Assembly: GCA_028534125.1 (NCBI GenBank)
Contig: CM052832.1
Coordinates: 13,084,001-13,148,000 of the forward strand
Length of the DNA: 64,000 bases
Direction: 5' to 3'
Origin: Lama glama
Lineage: Eukaryota
This document shows, in pieces, positions 40,157-52,153 of this stretch. Position 1 is the stretch's first letter; the number at the start of each line of letters is the position of its first letter. The notes under the pieces were generated by a model. That model ran no database searches, was not told where the DNA came from, and worked only from the letters and a program-made list of their open reading frames with translations. The position numbers and the translations under genes were made by a program.

Positions 40157-41099
40157 GTCTTCTAATACAAAATCCCTGAAAGAGAGAAAAATAAATGTAA
40201 AAAGTTAGTTTCTTTAAAGTACTTTCTCCTCAAGATTACTTCCCTTAGAACAGTGTTTCTTGACTACCTTTGGGGAAGGACCAGTTCTTCCTAATTCTCT
40301 GATACAAATTTTTAAGTGTTTCTTAATTGTAGGCTAGTAACAACGAATTTACAGACCAGCAGTGGTTCCCAAACACTTTGACAAGCACCAGTCCAGAGAG
40401 CAATAAATTCCTAATGGGACGCAGAAACACTAGTGCCATCCAAATGACTTCTGAAACCAATCACAGGAGATCTGCTACTGGTAATTTACTAAAATAAAAA
40501 GAAATGGAGTATGGAAAATGTTTTTGATCAATTACTTCTTTCCTTTTACATCACACGAACTTTTTAGCAATACAAGAAAAGGAACTGATAATTGAAGACA
40601 AGATTTACTGAGGAGCATGGTTATGTTTTGTTCCTGGCAGAGCAAGGATTTTAGACAACACAAAACCATGGCCTGGGAGCTCTTCAGACCTAGCAGGTTT
40701 GAGTCCTCATGCTTTTCTGTAAATACGATTTTAGACAATAAAGGGCATTCTGTTTGTATTTTATATACTTTAAAAGATCTAAGATCTAGAACTCATTTCA
40801 AAATTCAATTTGTGTTCTCATATTTATTTTAAAGCCAGATTGTTTCACAGTGGCGAGAGAATAAAAGGCAAAAACTAAAGGCAAAATAGACTTCTCTCTG
40901 TATCATTTGTAAAATGAAATTTAACAGTTTTTTCTTAAAGTGCTTGTGCTACAGAACAACGTTTTTCTCCATTTACATGAGGAAAGCAGTGCTTGACATC
41001 TATTTTCTCTTCTGTTGTTGTTGCTCTTGTTTCTTGCTGCAGAGGGTTCTCTTATTTCACATATTTCATCCCCAAAGTGCTTCTAACCTCAAAAAGCAC

Positions 41100-42440
41100 T
41101 GAGTATTTTCAACGAATGGTGCTGGACAACTGAATATCCACATGCCAAAGAATGAACTTGGATGCTTCCTGGAATCACAGCTTTCCTTCTATGTTTTCTT
41201 CTAAGAGTTTTATAGTTTTAACTCTAAAGTTTAGGTTTTTTGATCCATTTTGAGGTAATTTTTGTTTGTGGTATCAGGGTTAGAGTTTGGGTTGTGGGGG
41301 GGCTTTCTAACACTGGATTAGGCAATGGTTTCTTAGATATGACACCAAAAGCATGAGTATCAAAAGCAAAATAAATTAGACTACATCAAAATTAACAAAA
41401 TTTTGGTGTTACAAATAATACCATTAAGAAAGAAACAACCACCCACAGAATGGGGGTAAATATTTGCAAATCATATATCTGATAAGGAGCTGGTATTCAG
41501 AGTTCATAAAGAGTTCTTACAACTCAACTGTAAAAAGACAACCCAATTAAAAAATGGGCAAAGTATTTGAATAGACATTTCTCCAAAGAAGATATAGAAA
41601 TGGCCAATCAACTCATGAAAAGATGTTTAATATTGTTAGCCATAAGGAAAATTTAAATCAAAACCACAATGAGATAACCACTTCTCACTCACTAGAATGA
41701 CTATAATTAAAAAGTCAGATAATAACAAGTGTTGGCAAGGATGTTGAGCAATGGAATTCATACACTGCTGGTGGGAATGTAAAGTGGTGTAGTTTCTTTG
41801 GAAAACAGTTTGGAAGTTCCTCAAAAACTCAAACATAGAGTTACCATAGGACTCAGTAATTCCACGTGTTAAGTATGCACTCAAGATAATTTAAAACAGA
41901 TATCCATATGAAAACTTGTACACGAACAAGTTCATTTGTTCAAAGCAGCATTATTCATAATAGCTCAAAAAAGGAAGCAGTGGGGAGGGTATGGCTTAGT
42001 GGTAAAGCACATGCTTAGCATGCACAAGGTCCTGGGTTCAATCCCCAGTACTACCATTAAAAAATAAATAAATAAACAAACCTAATTACCTTCCCCCAGC
42101 CCCTCCCCAAAAGAAACAAAAGAACTGATAATTCTACAACATTAAAAAAAAAAAATGGAAGCAACCCAAATATCCATGAACTGCTGAATGGATAAACAAA
42201 ATGGATAATAATACCCATACAAGGGAGTATTACTGGAAAATAAAAAGGAATAAAGTATTGACACATGCTACAATATAGATGAAACTTGAACACATTATGC
42301 TCAGTGAAAGACGACAGTCATAAAACACTCATATTACATGACTGCATTTATATCAAAAGTCAAGAATAGGCAAATCTAGAGACAGAAAACAGGTTGCCTA
42401 CAGGAGGGGGTGGGGAGGAATGGGGAGTACTACTGGCATC
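41100..42440 (+). mobile_element. L1 ORF2 3' part + 3'UTR, with an internal microinversion and a nested SINE
   Basis: Recognisable L1 ORF2 sequence (e.g. atttgcaaatcatatatctgataagg, aatagacatttctccaaagaagatata). Confidence 0.85.
41980..42155 (+). mobile_element. tRNA-derived SINE, same family, nested in L1
   Basis: gtggggagggtatggcttagtggtaaagc...ggtcctgggttcaatcccca, poly(A), TSD core ggaagca on both sides. Confidence 0.8.
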
Positions 42441-42942
42441 TAGTGGATGTCATGTTAATTAAAAAAACAACAAAAAAATTCTTATCCTTTTAAGTTATAC
42501 TAGCAGAGCAGCTCCTTTGCTTCGATCAACTGAATGTCAACCCTCAGCACAAGGTTTGTATTTTTAAAAAATCAAATTGTCCCTTAAAAAAATAATCAAA
42601 ATAGTCATGGCTAAGCATTGAGTATGAGAGGATTGAGTGAAATCAGCTGAAGCTTGATAGTAATCCCTTTACCTCCAGAAAGAAGGTCCAACTCTGGCAG
42701 AAATGAGCTTTGCCACAGAGAGAAGTTCCGAACAGCAAGCTTGACTCTTAACAGTGGCTTATACCTGCAGGGGCACAGGCAGAATCACTAGCAGAGTTAC
42801 AGAAATCAAGGAATCATGCACCACCCGAGATATACTGAATTGTCAGAAACCCTGGGAGTGTGACCCAGGTGCAGAAGTTTTCAAATCTCTTCCCTGCTGA
42901 TTCCAAATCTCACACCCCCAACTAGGAGACACTGATGTAGAA

Positions 42943-43455
42943 CAGTACTTCTCAATTCTGCCTCCCAGGGGATATCGGGCAATGCCTGGAGACATTTTTG
43001 ACTGTCAAAACTGGAGGGGTACCCAGTATTTTCCAATGACTTTTTTCCTTCTCCATGCCAATTTCAAAGTCTCAAGAGGAGAAAAACCAAAGGGAACAGA
43101 TAGGAAAACCTGAGATATCTAATTTCTCCAACATGGCCACAACTAACATCTTGCAGCAAGTCTCCTAGACCTATATTTACTTCTGATCTTAAACAAAAGA
43201 ATCGCTTATATAACTGAAAGCTACCATCTTCAGTGCGAGGGGGACACATGTTAATGCACTTGGCAATAGGTTGTAGATGATGTACTTTGCTCCAAATAAA
43301 GTTATACATAAACACAGACACACACAAACAAAAACTGCAGGGGTACTACAGGCATCTAGTGGGTAAAGAGTTAACATCCTACAATGCACAGGACAGCTCC
43401 CCAGAACAAACTGTCCCGCTCAAAACGTTAAGAATGCTGAGGTTAAGAAATCCTG
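42943..43455 (+). mobile_element. MER20 DNA transposon split by a ~308-bp retro-insertion (43023-43330)
   Basis: Left half cagtacttctcaa...ggcaatgcctggagacatttttgactgtca; right half tactacaggcatctagtggg...aacatcctacaatgcacaggacagc...gaggttaagaaatcctg. An intact opposite-strand copy lies at ~59643-59852. Confidence 0.75.
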
Positions 43456-44795
43456 CTTTCAGGAGAGGCCTGCCAGGGAGCTGTTCACTTCTGAGGGATT
43501 ACTTCAGGAATAAAAGGAAGCAACTGACAGCTATGATGAGATGTTCTCCACAATTCCTTCTGGGTCTCAGTCTAGGAAAACACAGGACAGAAGCATAGCT
43601 GAATAGAGTGACTCCGACAGAATGTATCAATAAAAATGTTTAAAGCAGAAAACAGGTTAAGAGGTCAGACTAAATGTAAATCTCTCCTTTGCCCTATTTG
43701 ATACAGAATTTCTTTATTAATATAAATATGCCCTAAACACCGATATGACATCACCCCAGAGGTTCTCAGTTTTCCCAAATAAACAGCTATGCCAGCTAGG
43801 CAACTCTAAAGTGCAATATCTCTCCTCCTGCTTACTCATCTCCACCAACGAACCAATGACCAAATCCTCAATTCTACATCCTGCATAGTCCACATTCATC
43901 ACCTCCTCTTTAGCTCTACGTTAATGGTAGTCAAGGTGCTCAACATCTCTCCCACAGACCATCACAAAGATACATTTAATCTCCACACTTCCCATCTTCC
44001 TTCTCCTTTTTGATCCATCCTCTACCTTCTCTACAAATTACTTCTTTAAAACACAAACTGGTTCACATTGCTCATCTATTCAAAGTACCCTCCTTGACTC
44101 CCCATGCCCTGCTAGGGAATAAAGCATGGAGGTTAAGAACACAGGCACTGGAGTTAGAAAAAGTTAGATGCAAATACTAGACTATCCATCTACTTTGTGG
44201 CCATGAGACACTGTTCAACCTCTCTAAGCCTCAGAGTTTTCATTTATAAATGAGGATGATTGTGTCTTTCCAACAATGTTTTTAAAGGATTACAAGATTA
44301 CGTATCTAAAACATTTGTCTCAATACCCAAATTAAATACTTTATTGTTATAAGATGAAGTCCAAATTACTTAGCATGGTCCTTTATGGTCTGGTTACTGC
44401 CTACTTGTTTAGTCTCATTCCCCATTCTTCCCTCATGTTCTTCATTGCCCTACTATTTCACATCTTTTTGTTTTTGTACACATCATTTCCTCTGCCTACA
44501 AAACCTAGCCCCCAGTACTTTGGCCAATGAGTAAACTCTATTCCAACCTTGATTTCTGCCCTTTGAACCTTAAACACAACTCTATCATCTTGTATTACAT
44601 CTATTTCCTTTTCTCCCTCTCACACTATATTGTCTCTTGAGAGCAGAGATAAAGTGGAGAAAATAACATAAACTAATAACAGACATGGAAATTCACTGCA
44701 GAGACACGGAACTTTAATCAATGTCTGTTGAACAAATTTATAGAAAGGACCTAAAGTGATCATTCTGTTCCCAAACTAATTTAACGTAACTAATG

Positions 44796-44890
44796 GCTTA
44801 TTTTGCTTTTCCTTCTTACCATTTTTAAAAAATAAATTAAGCTTATTTATTTTGCTTTTCCTTCTTACCATTTTTAAAAAATAAATTAGC
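44796..44890. repeat. Two-copy direct tandem duplication (period 49 bp)
   Basis: ttattttgcttttccttcttaccatttttaaaaaataaatta occurs identically at 44798 and 44847. Confidence 0.9.
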
Positions 44891-45475
44891 CTGAGACTTT
44901 AGGTGAGCAGGTTAGGAATTGGACACTTGGACATTTGTGTGTGTGTAGTTTTAGAGCAGCTGTGGAAGAACAGGGATCCAAACTAGATCTTGAAAATTGT
45001 TCTGGTCCAAATCAGAAAGGTCAAACAGAGCCTGTAGTATTCAAGTTGTGGGTTGTGAACTTCAGTCAAAACTTCAGTGCAGCAAAACTGAATTTAGGTT
45101 AAGGCATGTTGTTCCTTAGAGGGAAACTGTGATAATACAACCAAATTTATTAAGGGAAAGATGTCCATAGAAGGTTCACCATGGAACAACCAAATGAGCA
45201 AACAGAGAAAGTCAGAATAGTAAGTATCTGAGAGTAGTCCCTATTATAAGGAGATGGCCAAGTACTTTAAAAGAAATATATTGGCGAATACCACAGCTAT
45301 GTCGTCTCTCACACCAAAGTGTAGCTTGCAGAGTTAATGGTCTTAAAATACTACGCAACATGAGGCAGGTGAATTTCCTTGTTCTAGAAGGCAATTGGAA
45401 ACAGCTAACTTACTCGGATCAATATTCCTTTCTGAAATCCGACATGCCAGGCTTATCATATACCATGATCACACT

Positions 45476-45477
45476 GA

Positions 45478-45529
<52 letters not shown>

Positions 45530-45531
45530 AA
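45476..45531 (+). repeat. (GAAA)14 microsatellite
   Basis: Perfect tetranucleotide run in C6orf89 intron 1. Confidence 0.95.
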
Positions 45532-45849
45532 TCCCTCCTTAACAATGATCAGAAAAAGATGTTTCGGAGTGGGGCGGGGAATCTACTCTCAGTATACAAA
45601 AGAAATTAGAAATATGTCAAAAGGGACAGTAAAATCTAGACTCCGCTAGCACCGCTGTTTTGGACATTGCTGTGACGCCTGCGAAACATGTTCAATCAGG
45701 CTCGAATTTGCTTTGCTCTCCTGGGCAGAGCCAATTTAAAAAAGGGAAACGTCTTAGTGAAGGCGACACCAGGGGAGTTGCTGGGGGATGCTGTCAGTCT
45801 GCAAAACGCCAGAGGCTCAAAAAAGGCTAACGCAGGGGCATGTGTGGCA

Positions 45850-46250
45850 GAGGCAGCGAACGGTGGGCTGCGCGAGGATGTCACTGACAGGTGCGGTGGC
45901 GAGGCTGTCACAGAGCTGCCTCCCCCCTCCCGGCCTCGGGCCCCAGTCACTCACATGCGGGGCCCGCGCCCCTCGGGCTCCTCCCGCCTCGGGGACAGCA
46001 AGCCGCGGGGCGGGGAAGATAAGCCGACAACTTCCTGCTTCCGGGAGCGTAACCTGGAAGCAACTTTCAAGCCACAGGAGAGGCAGCGCTCCTTCCCGTC
46101 CCGCGCTTCCGCCAGAAGCCGAAAGCGGGATGTCTCGGAGCGGGCGGGAACTATCGCGAGTTCTGGAGAGCCCGAGTTCTTGCGCCCCCTGGCGTCCTGT
46201 CAGTTCTTCTCTGTCCTCTTCAGTCTTTGCCGGGGTTTTTCGTTTTCCTG
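45850..46250 (-). promoter_or_regulatory. C6orf89: CpG-island promoter and first exon of C6orf89 (exon ends at 45955, donor AT|gtgagt)
   Basis: High CpG density; tandem ETS/GABP-type sites ccggaagcaggaagt (~46030-46044, minus); GC boxes; TATCGCGAG (46152-46160) resembling the TCTCGCGAGA motif; consensus donor gtgagt at 45949-45954. Confidence 0.8.
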
Positions 46251-47042
46251 CGCTAACACAGACTTCATAGCTGAATTGATTCATTCAGGGAGTGAGTGTT
46301 GAGTCTCCTACTACGTACAGGCTGCGTACCATAAAGGGGTGAGGGTGGGAGGGATACGTAAATGGTGGGCAGGCCCTTATCTTTGGGATCTAAAAGAGAG
46401 AATGGCAAGCAAACAAGTCACTCAGATTTACACACGGCCCACTTAGTAAAGTTTATTGAGAGTTTACTCTGCGCCGGACATTACAAAGGACTTTACATTC
46501 GTGAAACAACTTCAACAACCCTCATTGGCGCTCATACCAAGCTGAGGTTTACGGAAAGGTTAAATTTCTCCCTGGGAGCTCTCTCTTGTTCAGGTTCTGG
46601 TCTGGTATAGGTCTTGTGTGAATGTTGTACTGAACACGACCAGGACATGGTCCCTAACATGGGTTGTTAACGGTCAACTTGGTGAGAAGAAAATCTGACA
46701 CAAGCAGTTAGACAACAATGAAAGGTGGCGCCGAATTAAAAGACCGAGAAGAGAGAAGGGGAGAGCGTCTACTATAGACAGGAAGAGTAGAGAGGTTTTC
46801 AGAAGAAGCTGAAAGAAGGGCATGGGCGGGGTTTGGGAAGGCACTGCAAGGAAAAAGAACAGCTGGGGCAGAGGTCTAAAATGGGAATGCTGATGCCACA
46901 TTTAAGGAATTAATAAGAAAATAGTAGGAAATCAGGCTGGAGAAGTCAGTGAGGCATCAATAGTGAAGGACCTTCAAGTCTAGGCCAAGTGATTTCAGGA
47001 CTCCGTGGCACTAGCCTGTAGTATTTCAGGAGGAAGGCTTTG

Positions 47043-47067
47043 GCTGCTGCTGCTGCTGCTGCTGCTG
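47043..47067 (+). repeat. (GCT)8 trinucleotide repeat
   Basis: Perfect run between the two CpG islands. Confidence 0.9.
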
Positions 47068-48073
47068 TGTGTAAGATGGATTAATGGGGGAAAGCCAAAA
47101 GGCAGGGAATTCAGCAAAGGGACTTCTGAAAAAATCCTGGTGTTAAAGGCCTGAAATAGCAGTGGGAATGGGAAGGAAAGGATACAATTTGGGGATCTTT
47201 GGAAAAAACAATCGACATGTCTTGATGATGTGTCACTTATATGGAGCAGAGAGAAAGAGGATGATCTTAAAGTTCCCAGCTAGAAAAATGTTTCTATAAA
47301 CATTTACAATTTTGTTTTTAATAAAGGAAATTTATTCAGAAGACACATTAAGCTTAGATACGGAATAAATGAAGTTAAAGTACAAGCTATTGACAGATTT
47401 AATGGAACTATTAATCTAATAGTGAATTCAGAAAAGGAATCCAGGCCTTTCTGTCAACTTCTTCCTGAAGTCACTGACACCTAATGTTCTTTTGGGGACA
47501 AAAAGGACAACAAATACTGAGCCTCTTGAGGAAGGATTTTGGAATGAGCCAGCAAGACACTGTCTTATTCATATGTTAAGCCCCAATTTGCCCCAAGCCT
47601 CCCAAGACATATAGTAAGGAACTACATAAGGTCCAGAGAAAGGCAACTCAGATAACAGACAGAATGGGCCAATAATGAAAACTCTTCCATCCAGCTGAAG
47701 GGTCATAATGAGGGTATGAACACAAGTGTTAAATTAATTAGACCTTACATTAGCACAGCACCCATTAGTCTGAAACGTAATTTTCTGTCCGTTATTAATT
47801 CAATGAAACGTAAGCATCCTATGTTAAGTCCTCTGCAAGGAGGGCACAGAGGGGAAGGAGGCCCAGTTACTCTCTCAAGGAGCTCACTGTCTAGTTTGAC
47901 CTTTACAACTTTGTATACCCTTATCCCCACTTGGCAATTAAGGAAACTAGGATTGAACTGTGGTACTTTGAGCAAGTTATGTAATCTGTATAAGCCTTAG
48001 TTTCCTCAAAGTAGAAGGGGAACAGCAATATCTACTTTGCGTGGACTGAAGATTAAGCATTGTCAAAAGTTCA

Positions 48074-48225
48074 GAAATAAGCTATAAGGATATATTGCAC
48101 AGCACAGGGAATACAGCCAATATTTTATAGTAACTATAAATGGAGAATAACAAAAGTTGTGAATCACTAGGTTGTACACATGAAACTTATATAATATTGT
48201 AAATTAACTATACCTCAATTTTTTT
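48074..48225 (+). mobile_element. Short L1 3' tail
   Basis: ataaggatatattgcacagcacagggaatacagccaatattttatagtaactataaatgga...tatacctcaatt; TSD aaagttca. Confidence 0.65.
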
Positions 48226-49339
48226 AAAGTTCAAAGATAGTAGAAGTAAAACATTGGATCGCTGAAATAGTAATTAGTAAAAGTTTATTGTGCACACACA
48301 CACACACAATTTTTGCAAATTGGGAGCACTTAGAACATGGAATGAGGCTCAGAGGTATATTTTTATAAAGTAGCTTATATTGTGAGGAGGCAGCGGCTGT
48401 TTATTATTCACAGTGATTAGTTATAATATTAGTTTTCCTAGTGATAGGGTATGGATTAAAAGTGGTTGCTTCACATTAATTTTGGGGAACAGTTTAAGTT
48501 TCATTTACGATTTTCAGAAGCATTAACAAGAAGTGGCCTAAGTTAAGTTTTGCTTGTTTTACAGAATAAGCTAAATTAAGTTTTACTCATATGAGTAAAC
48601 TGGTTTGCTCAGGGAACTTTCAAGTCTGGGCTCCATTTGTGTTTGATTTTTAACAATGTCAAAGTACACAGTAGTGCTTAGCTGGATGCCTGGCACAAAG
48701 TAAGCATTCATTTAGCCATCCTTATTAAGTGGTGTGCAAAGCATTTACAATGTGTTTATTTACCCCATTTATTTCTTGTCCTACCTCCAAACCTCCTCTT
48801 ATTGCCTCTACTTTGCATCTCTTTGATCCTGAGCAAACCCTCCTAACAACCTTGGGGCAGCATCTGTCCCAACCACAGTCACTCTAAGCCTTGCTCTAGC
48901 CCTGATCTATTTGATTTTCATTCTCTTGTCTCTACTTTTCTTATCTCTCATTTTCATCCTTGCCCTTCCCCCTCCTCTCTCCCCAGACTCTTTGCCTCTG
49001 GAGTCTAGAAGCTCTGATTAACTGTATGGCTATGGACAGATAAGTCATTTAACTGCTGAGTCTCAGCTTTTACATCTGAACAATGGGAATAACAACATCT
49101 AGTTTATAGGATTGTTTTCGGAGTAGATAAAATAATAAATGTTCAAGTGCTATGTAAATGTACACCGCCTTACAAGCATTAGTTACCGGCATCTCTCATA
49201 TGTATTCACTTCCATTCTTCCTCCCCTTCGGTCCCTGCTTTGTTGCGGGACTAGGAAATTCTTCGCATTGAAGGTTAGGACTTAACTCCAATCGGAGTAA
49301 AGATTTGCTGGTTGTTCCCGCCTTCCACGCCTAAACGAA

Positions 49340-49900
49340 CCACTCAGAGCGTCCGGAGAGTGGCGCGGTCTCTCTCCACTTGGAGACCACACCTAACAGA
49401 GCTTGCACTTTTCTCCGTCCTTGCAAACCTTAGTTTCCTCGCACCCCAAATTCCCGGCCTTGGACGTGGGATCCTCTTCCTTCCTTGTCTCAACCCCTCA
49501 AATTTTGGCGTCGCTCGAGTTGAACGGCGGGAACCGGAAGTGTGCATCAGCGGCTGGTCTCCGGAGAATCGACGCCGGAAGTAGCAGCTGCCACAGGAGG
49601 ATTCCGCCAGCTTTGATATGGCGGCGATCCCTCCAGACTCCTGGCAGCCGCCCAACGTATACTTGGAGACCAGGTGAGGGTCCGGCCTCTGGGGCTGGGC
49701 TGGCGCAGGCGACGCGGAGCCCAGGGTTAGCCGCGGGGCTGGGTTCCTGGCGCTCTTCCTCGGGAGGCCGACCTCCTCGTGGAGCCGCGGCCGTGAGGAC
49801 CGCCTGAGGCCTGAGTGGGGAGCTCCGCCGAGCCTAGCTCCGCCCTGACGCGCGCTGAGACCGTAGCTACAGCGGCCCGCTTGCCCTCCTCTCGCCCCTC
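49340..49900 (+). promoter_or_regulatory. PPIL1: CpG-island promoter of PPIL1
   Basis: CpG-rich; two CCGGAAGT ETS sites (49534-49541, 49575-49582) and an E2F-like TTTTGGCG (49503-49510) just upstream of the ATG. Confidence 0.8.
49618..49673 (+). CDS. PPIL1: Peptidyl-prolyl cis-trans isomerase-like 1 (spliceosomal cyclophilin), coding exon 1
   Basis: ATG GCG GCG ATC CCT CCA GAC TCC TGG CAG CCG CCC AAC GTA TAC TTG GAG ACC AG|gtgagg = MAAIPPDSWQPPNVYLET(S), the PPIL1 N-terminus. Confidence 0.95.
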
Positions 49901-52153
49901 CGTTCTTTCATTCATTCATTCAACAAGCGTGTATTGAGTCTACAGGTGGGGACATAGGGTCTGAGAGTACAGAGGTGGATAAAACACATACAGCCTTGCC
50001 TTAAGAAGCTTTCAGTAGTGAAGGAGACAGATGTGTAAACATTAACGTTGTAAGTAGCACAGTTGTATAACCAGATTATTAGGAGGACACAGGAAGAAGC
50101 ACATTTATTTCCCCCATCAAAGGGTGATAATATTGAGCACCAAACAGCTAATGCCATGCCCCTGAGTGTAGCATCACATTTAATTTAATCCTCTTAGCAA
50201 CTCAAATCGTGTAGGTACTATTTCACTTTCTCTCCAGTTTTAGCAGGAGAAATGCAAAATTGACAGATTAAATGGCTTGATTTAACCTCACGTAGCTTGA
50301 AAGGAGAACCTCATTTGGAGCCTGGTCTGACTGCTTCAGATATGTTCTTGATTATGTTCTTTAGCCCCATTCATTCCATTGCCTCTTTGGAAAAAATTTT
50401 TAATTGATCTTTCCAAAGTAGGACAAATAACCTTAAATAACTTCTTACTGTAACAATAGTATAAAATTGAGATTTTGTAGTCTGACCTTCAGGATGATTT
50501 TTTTAATCTAGCCTTTGCCTACCTCTCTGGCTACATCTGCCATTCTCCTCTCAGTAAGCCAAAGTTCAGCCATCATCTCTCTAACGTTATTTTCTTGCCT
50601 GTGGTGCTTTCCACCAGAGCACAGTTCTCTCAGGTGCTGCTTTTGCCCACTTTCTTACATGGGAAAATTCTACTTCTTCAGGCCTCAATTTGAAAGTCTG
50701 TAATTTCTGGAATCACCTTTTAACTTTTTTAATTACAAAATAAATAGGAATTTAAATCCAAGCAGCTGTAGAAATGTATAGAATAAGAAGTGAAAGCCAC
50801 CCTTCTCTGTAAAAACATCATTAATAGTTGTTAGATGACCTTCCAGATCTTTTTCTATGTAGATAATAGACATCTCTCTTTTATGTTCTATTTTTAAGCA
50901 ATAATACGATCATATGATCATACTGTATTTTTTTTTCTGTAATTTTCTTTCTCTCACTAGTACATGCAGCCTTCCATAGTATGGATATTTCATATTTTTG
51001 TCATCCCCTCTTAGAAGGACATTTAAATTGCTTCTCGTTTTTGTTAGGACGAATACTGGAATGAACAGCCTTGCATGTATTGTATCCTTAAGCACTAAGT
51101 TTTCCCATAGAATAGAAACTTTGAAGTTGAAATTGCTGCCAAAAAGTATGCACATTTCAAAATTGTATAGATATTTTCTGATCACCATTCCAAAAAGTTA
51201 TCCCCTGTATTTTAAAAATATCCACCAGCATGTAGCTTTATGAGAGGAAAAGCACTTAGAACCATGTCTTGTGCAGAGTAATTGTTAATCCATGTTGAAT
51301 GTTAGGAGTGTGAAGGATGAATTGCCAATAGAAAGGCTTTTAAAAAGCTATGTTCTAGCACATACCACATATTTATAGAATGCTTACACTGCTTGGCCCT
51401 GGGTATTCAGGCTATACAGAATTGACTCAATTCTCACATTCTTGGAGCTTAAAATCTAGGTGAGTGATGAAATGGAGGGGAAGGCACCTGTCCTAAGTCT
51501 TACTTCCTTTTTCTTAGCAGTACTTCAAGGGGAAAAAGCGCTTAGCACACTGGGCAGCTATAAGGGTTAGAAGTAATCAGGTTTTGCCTTTGTTGCACCC
51601 TTCCTAAATACACACAAACTATTCCTTTTTTTCCCATTGAATTTTTTTTATGAATAGGTAGTAATTTACATGACTCAAAAATACAAACATTTAAAAAAGA
51701 TATTCACAGAAAACCTTTCTGTCTCCCATTTACCCAGTTTCTACCCCCCACCCAGAAACATGTTTGCATAAATAAATATGAATTCCCAATATTTTAATGT
51801 CCAACTTAAAAAAATTACAAATTAAGTGTAAGATTTTTTCCCCTTAATTTAGGAGTTGGGGTTATATTGGTTTCCAATGATCAGTGATTTCTTGTATACA
51901 AGGTATTAGAATTTTTGGTTGTCCACGGTTGTTTTGCCTTAAAGAAGTATCAGAAGCCCCTGCATGTTTTACTTAAAAGAGGTTTATGTCATTGGCATTG
52001 TGTTGTTTTCCTTTGTTGAGCATGAAATCTGATGGTTATCACAATCTCATAACTTACAAGCTTGAAAATGCAGAGTCCTAGAGCTGGCCCATAATGCTTC
52101 TGTCTGTTGTGAACTTGTTCTTGACTGGAGTCTACTGTCCTTTCCCCCTACAG

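Noticed and set aside
41980..42055. tRNA-like A/B-box sequences (also at ~4035-4108 and ~12873-12945)
   Set aside because: They have A-rich tails and TSDs and are diverged copies of each other, so they are SINE heads and not tRNA genes.
43088..43187. Possible 100-nt 5'UTR exon of C6orf89 (tttaag|ATCAG...TTTG|gttttt)
   Set aside because: The donor is very weak and the segment lies antisense within the TSD-flanked retro-insertion; not supportable without transcript data.
45688..46302. 204-aa plus-strand ORF and overlapping ORFs
   Set aside because: They lie in the GC-rich CpG island, where stop codons are rare. Composition is Arg/Pro/Ser/Gly-rich with no recognisable domain.
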